A stretch of DNA of 31,315 nucleotides from an uncultured Bdellovibrionales bacterium (GCA_964641975.1 CAZXKY010000002.1:8070-39384), one strand, 5' to 3'. Positions 18,078-26,408 are shown, counted from the stretch's first letter. Numbers and translations: made by a program. Notes: a model not told the origin generated them from the sequence alone.

Positions 18078-18473
18078 CTAAATGAAAATGTTCTCAATGT
18101 GTTTAATCTTATAATTCTTGAAATCTCGACTGAGCCACACGGAGATAGCATCAAAATGATGAGGGTAATCCCAAAGATTATTAATTTTTATATATGAAGT
18201 GGCAATTTTATTGAGTTTTTTTAGTTTTTGGAAGGTAATATTTTCTTCTGGAAGTGTTTCCTGATACCTTTCTAAGTTTCTTGTTTTTACTTCTACGAAA
18301 ATTATTTCTTTATTTTTCTCCGCAATAATATCAATTTCCCCCAACTGTCTGCCTTTAAAATTCTTAAAATTTCTCCCGATTATCTTATACCCTTTTCCCA
18401 CCAAAAATCTGGCAGCTACTTCTTCTCCCTTGGCGCCAGTGCTCTTACTTGCTTTTTTTCTCCAAAAAATCAT
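18078..18473 (-). CDS. yraN: YraN family (UPF0102) nuclease-like protein
   Basis: GAKGEEVAARFL, IIGRNF, GEIDIIA, FVEVKTR, FDAISV. Confidence 0.93.
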   Translation of the reverse strand: MIFWRKKASKSTGAKGEEVAARFLVGKGYKIIGRNFKNFKGRQLGEIDIIAEKNKEIIFVEVKTRNLERYQETLPEENITFQKLKKLNKIATSYIKINNLWDYPHHFDAISVWLSRDFKNYKIKHIENIFI

Positions 18474-18485
18474 ATTATTTCAACC

Positions 18486-18503
18486 AAAAAACCCCTTTCG
18501 GGG
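18486..18503 (-). terminator. Terminator-like hairpin just upstream of yraN
   Basis: CCCC-GAAA-GGGG followed by U6. Confidence 0.65.
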
Positions 18504-19059
18504 AATTTTCCGGCTAAATCTTAACAAATATCGAATAACAATTATTTTTACCCGGTATCTGTCAAGGTTTGGAAACCGGGCGCTACTAACGCCCACAAAA
18601 TAAAATTTTTAAGCTGTAGCGCCCAGTGTTTGTCATGTATTAACATGTTAACTGAAAACACTATAGCCCGGGTGAAAGGCAATTTCTTGTGTTATTTAGT
18701 AACATGTATTTTAGATACATGATTTATCTATTAATGATAATTCTGACTTTTATCATTTTCCTTCTACCGTTCTCTGGCTTTCGCCTTTATTTAGAAAGAA
18801 CTAACTTTTTATTATTTATTTTTATTTTAAAAAGTTTTTTTTGACATGTCCACTCGGAAAAGCAGTTGATAATCTATTTTCCCAAGTGGACATGCCATTT
18901 TTTGTTTTTGTTTTAGGGTCCTCCTGTCAGATAAGGAGGCGGTTCCATTTCATTGAATGAAACGCTTGAATAGTAGAAGAATTCCAATCACAAATAGGGG
19001 GAAATTGTGATTGGAAATTCTTCCACCATTTGAAATATTTGGATTTCAAATAACTTTAT
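18486..19059 (-). ncRNA. Candidate structured non-coding RNA or long leader (~570 nt)
   Basis: Bounded by a near-consensus promoter and a U-tailed hairpin; at least 10 stems; non-Watson-Crick pairs in the two longest hairpins are G.U only on the minus strand; no ORF >60 aa. Confidence 0.55.
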
Positions 19060-19065
19060 ACTCTT

Positions 19066-19094
19066 ATTATACCAAAAAAATATCCTCGGGTCAA
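19066..19094 (-). promoter_or_regulatory. sigma70 promoter
   Basis: TTGACC-17 bp-TATAAT. Confidence 0.8.
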
Positions 19095-19271
19095 AACAAA
19101 AATACAATTAACCTTAAAAAATGCTTCAAATAAAAGATTTCATAAGATGTTAATTTACATTTTGCAGAAAAATATCAAAAAATAGAAATATTGCTATTTA
19201 AAAAAGTAATTTACTTTCCAAAATAATCTCCAGTTCTCCACAGGTTATCAACAGAACTTGAAATTTCACGC

Positions 19272-20390
19272 CTATTCTCCTTCATCCAAAATCCTATCTA
19301 ATACCGCCCACATGCTATTTTTGCTTGTTGCAATGATTAAATGTGTGCTATCGAAAGAATAATCTATTGTAGCTACTTGATCTGGAGTTAAATTAAAATA
19401 CCTGACATTGACTCCCTTATAATTCGCCTCTTGAAAAACAACTTTTTCCTTAGGCAAAGAAATGTCATTCAAGAATAAAGGCAGCAGCTCCCCGGGAAGT
19501 TTAACTTCCTCGCTTTTAATGACAGAGCTGGCTTTTAGCTTGTCGAGCACCTTAACTAGCAAAACTAAGCGTGGATTCCCTGAATCATTATAAGCAAAAA
19601 TAGAAAAATCATCACTCAAATTTTTCAACAGCTCATTGGACAGCTTCAGCTTGGTAATAGCACTAAAAATCGGAAAGGCTATCGGATTATTTTTGTTGTC
19701 TGTAATAATAAACTCTACCGGTTTATTGATTTCCGGATCTTTAATGTCTGAAAATGCTCCAGACATGATCTCTTTAAAATTTTCATAGCTGGGATTTTCT
19801 GTATCTATAGAAAGATAATTTGGCTTATCGAATGAATATTTTAATGGCGTTTTTTCTTCTACCTTTATATCCTCGCTATCCTGAGACGCTTGAACCTCAG
19901 CTTCTTTAAGCTTTTGATCTTCTAATTTTTGTGCTTCCTTCTGAGCAATATTTTTTTTATTGATAAAATAATATCCTCCATAGGCAGAAGCCCCCGCCAC
20001 TACCACGATGATCAATGTAATCCAAATCCATTTCTTTGAAGAAGATTTTATTTGTATGTTTTCTTGCGGTTCCTGCTTATTTGGTTCCTGCTTATTTGGA
20101 ATATTTTGATTAGAAACAGGTTTTTTATCGGAAAAATCAACTATTCTATTTCTTTCTTGCTCGGTTTGTTTTTCTAAAAATGGATTAAAATACTGGCCAT
20201 TTTTAACTTCCGGCTTATTTTCTTTAAATGTAACTCTCTTTTCTTCCTCTGAAACATTCGTTTGCTTGTTTTTAGGGAAAATACCGCTTAAAGCATCCAG
20301 GTCTTCTTGCATGGTATGAATGGGAATATCTTCTTCGACTATTTCCGGATTATCTTTAGTGCTTGTGTTTTCTTTTTTTAAATCTAACAT
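19272..20390 (-). CDS. Membrane-anchored hypothetical protein (low-complexity N-terminus, central TM); paralog of 9579..10313
   Basis: IPIHTMQEDL N-terminal motif, acidic/polar region, TM WIWITLIIVVV, C-terminal domain ...RYFNL...IDY...IIATSK. Confidence 0.8.
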   Translation of the reverse strand: MLDLKKENTSTKDNPEIVEEDIPIHTMQEDLDALSGIFPKNKQTNVSEEEKRVTFKENKPEVKNGQYFNPFLEKQTEQERNRIVDFSDKKPVSNQNIPNKQEPNKQEPQENIQIKSSSKKWIWITLIIVVVAGASAYGGYYFINKKNIAQKEAQKLEDQKLKEAEVQASQDSEDIKVEEKTPLKYSFDKPNYLSIDTENPSYENFKEIMSGAFSDIKDPEINKPVEFIITDNKNNPIAFPIFSAITKLKLSNELLKNLSDDFSIFAYNDSGNPRLVLLVKVLDKLKASSVIKSEEVKLPGELLPLFLNDISLPKEKVVFQEANYKGVNVRYFNLTPDQVATIDYSFDSTHLIIATSKNSMWAVLDRILDEGE

Positions 20391-20409
20391 TTTTTTGTTT
20401 TTAAAATAA

Positions 20410-20439
20410 AAAATAGAGACGCTAATGCATCTCTATTTT
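20410..20439 (-). terminator. Probable pnp terminator
   Basis: AAAATAGAGATGC-atta-GCGTCTCTATTTT followed by a U-rich tail. Confidence 0.55.
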
Positions 20440-20478
20440 ACAACAAACTATGTTTTTTGAAAAGTCTTAATTGTTTTT

Positions 20479-22587
20479 CTATTCCATTATTTTGGCAACA
20501 GCCTTCATGGAAAGATTAATTCTTCCCTGTTCATCAATTTTAATCACCTTAACCGGAACAACATCTCCCACTTTGACAATATCCTCCACTTTCTCTACTC
20601 GATGGTCAGCTAATTCTGAAATATGAATGAGTCCCTCCTGTCCGGGTAGAATTTCCGCAAAAGCGCCAAAATTCATTATTCTGGTAACTTTTGCCTTGAA
20701 CATTTCTCCAGGCTTAACTTCATGAGTAAGATTGTCAATCCATTCCTGGGCCTTTCTGGCTGACTCCGCATCTGCTGAAGTGATAAATATCGATCCGTCA
20801 TCTTCAATGTCAATTTGGACTCCGGTTTCATCAATAATTTCATTGATAATCTTTCCTCCGGTTCCAATAACATTTCTAATCTTGTCCGGGTTTATCTTCA
20901 TAATGATAATACGAGGTGCATATTGAGACATCTCTTTTCTTGGAGAAGAGATAGCGGCGGTTATTTTTTCCAGTATTTCCATCCTATTACCATGAGATTG
21001 CGCTAAAACAGCTTTTAGCATTTCAATAGTAACGCCATCGACTTTAACATCCATCTGAAGCGCTGTGACACCTTTTTCCGTTCCAGCCACTTTAAAATCC
21101 ATATCTCCATAATGATCCTCCGCTCCTTGAATATCAGTCAGAATCTTGAAGTTGTCATTAGAATCAACAATAATTCCCATTGCAATTCCGCTTACCGGTC
21201 TTTTGATGGGAACGCCAGCATCCATAAGGGAAAGAGTTGATCCGCAAGTAGAAGCCATAGAAGATGAACCATTCGAAGAAAGCACTTCTGAAACTAAAAG
21301 TATTGTGTAGGGAAAATCTTCTTTGGAAGGAAGAACTGGAACTAATGCCTTTTCCGCTAAAGCCCCATGTCCAACTTCTCTTCTTCCTGGTCCTCTCATT
21401 GGTTTTATTTCTCCCACTGAAAATGGAGGAAAATTGTAATGATGAATATATCTTTTCTTTACATCCAATTCCATGGTATCGATAATTTGTTCATCTCCTG
21501 GCGATCCAAGGGTAGTCACGGTCAGGGCCTGGGTTTCTCCACGGGTGAAAAGACCAGTTCCATGAGTTCTTGGAAGCACTCCCACCTGACATTCGATTTT
21601 TCTGATTTCATCCAATTTTCTTCCGTCCGGTCTTTTCTCTTTATCTAAGATATTTTTGTGAACAATCTCGTCGGAAACTTCTTCTAAGATTTGAATAGCG
21701 ATTTCTTTTAATTTTGAAGTGTCCTCTTCGTTTTCCTGCTCAATATATTCAAAAACCTTCTTCTTTATAGCATCGACTTTTTCCGCAATAATCCTTTTGT
21801 CAGCATCATAAAGAGCATCTTCCAAATTTTCTTTAAGAAGCATTTCTTTTATCTTTTCCTCAAATTCGGGTTCTCCTTGGAGCAAGGCTGGCTCTGATTT
21901 TTCTTTTCCGGCTTCTTTTCGAATGTCTTCCAAAAAATTAACAATTTTCTTGACTGCTTCTTGGCCAAATTCAAAAGCCTTGATAATATCATCTTCCGGG
22001 ACTTCCTTGGCTCCAACTTCAATCATGTTAATTTTATCTTTTGTTCCGGCAATAACCAAATCCAGTTCACTTTCTTTTACTTCTCCGTTAACCGGATTAA
22101 GTATCAGTTCTCCGTTGATTTTTCCAACCCGCACCGCCCCAATCGGACCGTTCCACGGGATATTGGAAATATGAAGAGCCGCAGATCCAGCAATCATCGA
22201 GATGATATCAGTGTCATTTTCTCCGTCGATAGAAAGCACGGTTATCACAACCTGGACTTCATTTCTCATCCGTCCATCAAAAAGCGGTCTAATGGTTCTG
22301 TCTACCACTCTTCCGGTAAGAATAGCCTCATCAGAAGGCCGTCCCTCTCTCTTGATAAATCTTGATCCTTTTATTTTTCCGGCCGCATAATACCTTTCTT
22401 CATAATCCACCATCAGCGGAAAATAACCTGATATTCGGCTGGCTTCCTTGCTCATCACGGCAGTTGCCAAAACAACCGTATCGCCATAACGAACAGTTAC
22501 TGAACCATTGGCTTGTCCCGCCAGCAGTCCGGTTTCAACCTCAAGAATCCGTCCCCCGATTTGGAGAGACCATTTTTTTTGCTCCAT
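20479..22587 (-). CDS. pnp: Polyribonucleotide nucleotidyltransferase (PNPase)
   Basis: FFKREGRP-like FIKREGRP, RPDGR, RREVGHG, SNGSSSMAS, GDMDFKVAG, KH and S1 domains; start MEQKK at 22587. Confidence 0.98.
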   Translation of the reverse strand: MEQKKWSLQIGGRILEVETGLLAGQANGSVTVRYGDTVVLATAVMSKEASRISGYFPLMVDYEERYYAAGKIKGSRFIKREGRPSDEAILTGRVVDRTIRPLFDGRMRNEVQVVITVLSIDGENDTDIISMIAGSAALHISNIPWNGPIGAVRVGKINGELILNPVNGEVKESELDLVIAGTKDKINMIEVGAKEVPEDDIIKAFEFGQEAVKKIVNFLEDIRKEAGKEKSEPALLQGEPEFEEKIKEMLLKENLEDALYDADKRIIAEKVDAIKKKVFEYIEQENEEDTSKLKEIAIQILEEVSDEIVHKNILDKEKRPDGRKLDEIRKIECQVGVLPRTHGTGLFTRGETQALTVTTLGSPGDEQIIDTMELDVKKRYIHHYNFPPFSVGEIKPMRGPGRREVGHGALAEKALVPVLPSKEDFPYTILLVSEVLSSNGSSSMASTCGSTLSLMDAGVPIKRPVSGIAMGIIVDSNDNFKILTDIQGAEDHYGDMDFKVAGTEKGVTALQMDVKVDGVTIEMLKAVLAQSHGNRMEILEKITAAISSPRKEMSQYAPRIIIMKINPDKIRNVIGTGGKIINEIIDETGVQIDIEDDGSIFITSADAESARKAQEWIDNLTHEVKPGEMFKAKVTRIMNFGAFAEILPGQEGLIHISELADHRVEKVEDIVKVGDVVPVKVIKIDEQGRINLSMKAVAKIME

Positions 22588-22810
22588 AAGATAGCGCTCT
22601 ATTTCTAGTAACGCCAATAAACACGACAATAAGTTAAAAGTAGAAAGTTTGTAAAGTTCTTAAAGTTTAATCAATTTAACTTTATGAACTCTATAACTTT
22701 ATAAACTTTGACCTCATTACAGTGCCTGTTAGCTACTAGCAATAGCTTTTGCTTATTTATAAATTACTCCGTTAATACTATCACTTTTAAAGTGTTTTGT
22801 CAAAAATAAA

Positions 22811-22832
22811 GAGGCGTCGTGAAAACCGCCTC
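22811..22832. terminator. Intrinsic terminator (possibly bidirectional)
   Basis: GAGGCG/CGCCTC stem flanked by A/T runs; lies after the 22856..23293 stop. Confidence 0.6.
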
Positions 22833-22855
22833 GTTTTTATTATCAGTTGTCGATT

Positions 22856-23293
22856 TTACCAGCTTTCCCAACTAAGAGTAAGGATTCCTAATCTAATATT
22901 GGGTGAATAGGGTCCATGGAAATAAAGAGGAAGAGGGTTTGGCTTTTCAACTTGAACATGACAAGGGAAAAGAGAAATTAGATGTGGATTCTTCTTAATG
23001 TCAGGGACCACGATCCATTCATTGAAGCGATGACTATGTATGGTTTTTAATTCTCCGTCTATTTTTTCTCCCTTGTTGTTTTTCCCATATCGCGTAATTA
23101 TCGCAATTGCTTTGTCAATAATTCCGAATTCACTGTAAGAGAATCCCCTGAATTCAAACATTATTTCTCTTTCTACTGATTTGATTATGCGATTGCCTCT
23201 TCGCAACGATACCACGGGTTCGAAAAGAATATTTTTAATATCGTCTTTTCCCGGACCATTTGTTACTTGAACCACAATTTTCTCAGATGCCAT
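22856..23293 (-). CDS. Hypothetical protein (145 aa)
   Basis: Perfect SD AAGGAGGT 5 nt before ATG; downstream terminator; no family recognised. Confidence 0.7.
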   Translation of the reverse strand: MASEKIVVQVTNGPGKDDIKNILFEPVVSLRRGNRIIKSVEREIMFEFRGFSYSEFGIIDKAIAIITRYGKNNKGEKIDGELKTIHSHRFNEWIVVPDIKKNPHLISLFPCHVQVEKPNPLPLYFHGPYSPNIRLGILTLSWESW

Positions 23294-23440
23294 ACAGCAC
23301 CTCCTTAAAATAACATAAGCAAAAGCTATACAGCTTCAGCTCCCAACCCATACAGGAAGGTAGCTAAAAGATACTACTATGTGGCAAGAAGTCAATATAT
23401 TCCTTGGTAACATACCAAGGTGCATTGCTGAGATTAAGTG

Positions 23441-24361
23441 TTATTTCCCCCGTTTCCCGTGGAACTTTTTGTGGATGTCTTTGAGTCCTTGATTGGTCAC
23501 ATGCGTGTATATTTGCGTAGTAGTAATGGAAGAATGTCCAAGCATAGCCTGAACGCTTCGGATATCGGCACCATTGGCCAAAAGATCCGTCGCGAAGCTG
23601 TGGCGCAAAGTATGAGGATGAACATCCTTCACAATCCCAGCTTTAGTCGCATAATATTTAACTATTCGCTGGATACTTCTCTGCGTAATCCTCAAATTTC
23701 CTTTTTTGTCCGTCTCTTTGGCGCCTTTCTTGGGAAGTCTGACGAATAATGCTGGATCAATATCAGTCCTTTTAGTCAAATACTTCCCCAATGCCTCCTT
23801 AGCAGTATCTGAAATAAAAACAATTCGCACTTTTCCTCCTTTTCCTCTAACGCTAAATTCTTGATTTTTAAGGTTAACCTGGTCGCGATTTATGCTGGTA
23901 AGTTCCGAAACTCGAAGGCCAGCAGAGAAAAGAAGCTCCAAAATTGCTCTGTCTCTCAAGGCTTTAGCATCTTTACTGCTAGCTGAACCCAATAATCTTT
24001 CAAGCTCAGGGGGATCAAGAAATTCAACCATCGTAGCCGGATTCTTGCCTACCTCTATTTTTTCCGCCGAAAGAACTAGAATATCTCTTTTAGATAAATA
24101 TTTAATAAAGCTGCGCAGGGCAATAATATGATAATTCTGGGTTATTTTTTTGAGTTCTTTGCCTTTCTCGTCCTGAAATCTATTGAGATAAATCCTGTAC
24201 TTTCTTACTGCGTCTAAAGTAATGCCTTCAGGCGTCTTGACTCCTGACCAGTCCAAAAAACGGTTTAGGTAATGATGATAATTTTCTATCGTTTTCTGAG
24301 AACGGTTCCTTTCAATTTCCAAATATTCCAAAAAGTCCACTAAAAGCTGGCGAATATTCAT
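23441..24361 (-). CDS. Tyrosine recombinase, XerC/XerD family
   Basis: RDRAILELLFSAGLRVSEL, GKGGKVR, HPHTLRHSFAT, LGHSSITTTQIYTH (R-K-H-R-H-Y); SAM-like N-domain. Confidence 0.93.
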   Translation of the reverse strand: MNIRQLLVDFLEYLEIERNRSQKTIENYHHYLNRFLDWSGVKTPEGITLDAVRKYRIYLNRFQDEKGKELKKITQNYHIIALRSFIKYLSKRDILVLSAEKIEVGKNPATMVEFLDPPELERLLGSASSKDAKALRDRAILELLFSAGLRVSELTSINRDQVNLKNQEFSVRGKGGKVRIVFISDTAKEALGKYLTKRTDIDPALFVRLPKKGAKETDKKGNLRITQRSIQRIVKYYATKAGIVKDVHPHTLRHSFATDLLANGADIRSVQAMLGHSSITTTQIYTHVTNQGLKDIHKKFHGKRGK

Positions 24362-24420
24362 TTTTTTTAATTTATTTAAAAGTTTTTTGCTTTATTTTAG
24401 CCAAAAACTGGCATTTTAGT

Positions 24421-24450
24421 TTGACAACTATAGCCTCCCATGCATATACT
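24421..24450 (+). promoter_or_regulatory. Putative sigma70 promoter for the LysM-CHAP gene
   Basis: TTGACA-18 bp-TATACT. Confidence 0.55.
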
Positions 24451-24641
24451 TATAATAGTAAAAATTAGGATTTTAGCCAATAGGAACAATGCCAGGTATT
24501 GTTTTTTAATTTGTTCCGTGGTTTCAATCATTTGAAAGGACTAAAACTATTAGTAAATTCAGTTTCAACCCTTTTTCTAAAATTCCAAGAAAAATTGATT
24601 TAAACGAAATCCAATCAAGAGCGCACTTTTATCAGAAAAAA

Positions 24642-25739
24642 GTGACCGACTTTATTAAACGACACCGAACAATACGAATCCTTCATATACTTAGAAATTA
24701 CTCAGCTCTCATGGTGGTGGTTTCAAGCTCTCTTTTGGTGACTTCCACCAATTTAGCTAAAAGCAGTGATTCCAATGGTTTTTTGTCTGAATACTTCAAA
24801 AGTAGTACGGAAATCAAGGAAGACACAAAAATGAACAGCCAGGAGAGCCGAAAGGACAATCTCGCCTTTGTTCCTCTGTCAAAAGCTCCTACTGCTGTTA
24901 ATCCTAATATGAAAGAAGAAGCAGATAATGGGAATCTCTCTTTAGTTGAAGGGCAAGCGTTGACTGCTAGTTTCGGAACGCCTCTTAAGGATCCGGAGGA
25001 AGATGGGGGAGTAAAAATATATGAAGTCCAGCCAGGAGATACCATGAGTGCCATAGCTGCCAACAATAAAATTACCGTAAATACAATACTTTGGGCTAAT
25101 GACATTGATAATGTTGACTCCATAATGCCGGGAGATAAAATATTTATCCTTCCAGTTGCCGGTCTTTCTTATACTGTAAAAAGTGGAGATACTATAGATT
25201 CAATTGCAGATAAATATAAATCAGAAAAGCAAAAAATAATATCCTTTAATAGTCTTCCAGCTGACGGGCAATTAAAAGAAGGAGAAGAAATTATTATTCC
25301 AGACGGCCAGAAAGAAACTCCTCAATCAACTACCGGAACGACAGAAACAGGAATAGCCAGAAGACAATATGCTACTTCGACCGGAGGAACTCCGACAGTT
25401 TCCGGATTCAGGAAACTTGATGGTAAAGCCGGAACTGGACACAGGTTTCCTTACGGATACTGCACTTGGTATGTAGCCCAAAAACGCTATGTTCCTTGGG
25501 GAGGAAACGCTGGAACCTGGCTTTATCACGCAAAATCAGCCGGTTATCAGACCGGGAAAGCTCCGAGAGTTGGAGCTATTATGGTTTCTTCGGAATCTTG
25601 GTGGGGTCATGTAGCCATTGTGGAAAGTGTAAAGGGAAGCACCTTTACTATATCTGAGATGAATTACAAGGGATGGGCGAAAACTAGCCGCCGGACGATG
25701 TCCATCTCAAACAGGGTAATTAAAGGATTCATCTATTAA
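24642..25739 (+). CDS. 2xLysM + CHAP peptidoglycan hydrolase
   Basis: YEVQPGDTMSAIA and YTVKSGDTIDSIA (LysM); FPYGYCTWYV, WGGNA, GHVAIVE (CHAP Cys/His). Confidence 0.92.
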   Translation: MTDFIKRHRTIRILHILRNYSALMVVVSSSLLVTSTNLAKSSDSNGFLSEYFKSSTEIKEDTKMNSQESRKDNLAFVPLSKAPTAVNPNMKEEADNGNLSLVEGQALTASFGTPLKDPEEDGGVKIYEVQPGDTMSAIAANNKITVNTILWANDIDNVDSIMPGDKIFILPVAGLSYTVKSGDTIDSIADKYKSEKQKIISFNSLPADGQLKEGEEIIIPDGQKETPQSTTGTTETGIARRQYATSTGGTPTVSGFRKLDGKAGTGHRFPYGYCTWYVAQKRYVPWGGNAGTWLYHAKSAGYQTGKAPRVGAIMVSSESWWGHVAIVESVKGSTFTISEMNYKGWAKTSRRTMSISNRVIKGFIY

Positions 25740-25743
25740 AAAC

Positions 25744-25769
25744 AAAAGCTGCTCCCTCAAGCAGCTTTT
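25744..25769. terminator. Intrinsic terminator
   Basis: AAAAGCTGC-tccctcaa-GCAGCTTTT. Confidence 0.7.
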
Positions 25770-25802
25770 GTTAAATTCGATTATTGGTAATATAATAAAA
25801 TT

Positions 25803-26408
25803 ATGCTGGATTTAGCTGGACAACAAATCTTTGATTTCCTTTCGCATTATGGCTATTGGATTATGCTTCCTTTGATGATTATCGAAGGACCGGTGATAAC
25901 CATAATTGCTGCTATGCTTGCTAAGCTTGGAGCTTTTAACATCTTTCTCGTTTTTGTTTTTTCAGTTTTAGGAGATATGATTGGTGACGCAATCCTTTAT
26001 GGACTCGGATATAAGTTCGGAATGACTTTCGTCCGAAAAGTCGGAAAATATATGGGAATTACGGAAAAACTAGTTCTGAAAATGGAAAAATATTTTGAAA
26101 AGCATGGAGGAAAAACTATTTTCACAGTAAAAGCAACCACCGGACTTTGTTGGGCAGCTTTCACTGCCGCCGGAATCGTAAAAATGGATTTCAAAAAATT
26201 TGTAAAGTATTCTTTTATAGGAGGCATGGCCTGGAGCGGATTTCTAATAGCTTTAGGATATTTTTACGGATACATGTGGTTCGAATTAAGAAATTATATC
26301 GAATGGGCCGGCTGGATAGCAATTGCTTTAGCAATAGTTTCGATTGCATCAGTTCAGTTATATAAAAAATATCAATCTAAAAAAATATTGATAAATAATT
26401 CCAATTAA
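25803..26408 (+). CDS. DedA/VTT family membrane protein
   Basis: IIEGPVITI, SVLGDMIGDAILYGLG, FEKHGGKTIF, AGIVKMDFKKF. Confidence 0.88.
   Translation: MLDLAGQQIFDFLSHYGYWIMLPLMIIEGPVITIIAAMLAKLGAFNIFLVFVFSVLGDMIGDAILYGLGYKFGMTFVRKVGKYMGITEKLVLKMEKYFEKHGGKTIFTVKATTGLCWAAFTAAGIVKMDFKKFVKYSFIGGMAWSGFLIALGYFYGYMWFELRNYIEWAGWIAIALAIVSIASVQLYKKYQSKKILINNSN

Noticed and set aside
18724-18756. Mini-ORF MIKVRIIINR after AGAAGG (possible Ile/Val leader peptide)
   Set aside because: Overlaps an 8-bp stem, no amino-acid biosynthesis gene follows, and ATA/ATT codons are expected by chance in AT-rich DNA.
18915-18947. T-box-antiterminator-like UGGAACC-GCCUCCU...AGGAGG-A-CCCU
   Set aside because: The 5' strand reads UGAAA rather than AGGG, so helix A1 cannot form. 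No Stem I (AGAGA/GGUG) upstream and no synthetase gene downstream.
18486-19059. RNase P RNA, tmRNA, SRP or 6S identity for the structured region
   Set aside because: No GAGGAAAGUC, no tRNA-like ends or tag frame, no SRP loop, no single long rod. The CCGG(G)C/CCGGCU words are in the wrong order for RNase P P4.
20068-20099. 15-bp tandem duplication (NKQEP x2)
   Set aside because: Only two copies in a low-complexity linker; ordinary slippage.
1566-22629. Track N-terminal extensions (rpmH 1566, rnpA 1816, 13166, 16581, lspA 17737, pnp 22629)
   Set aside because: They overlap upstream genes or repeat arrays; family N-termini or signal peptides match the later ATGs reported.
23317-23327. dif-like XerD arm (TTATGTTATTT, minus strand)
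   Set aside because: No matching XerC arm at 6-bp spacing.
23441-24361. Recombinase as a prophage/ICE integrase
   Set aside because: Length and motifs fit chromosomal XerC/D; no att repeats, adjacent tRNA or phage genes.
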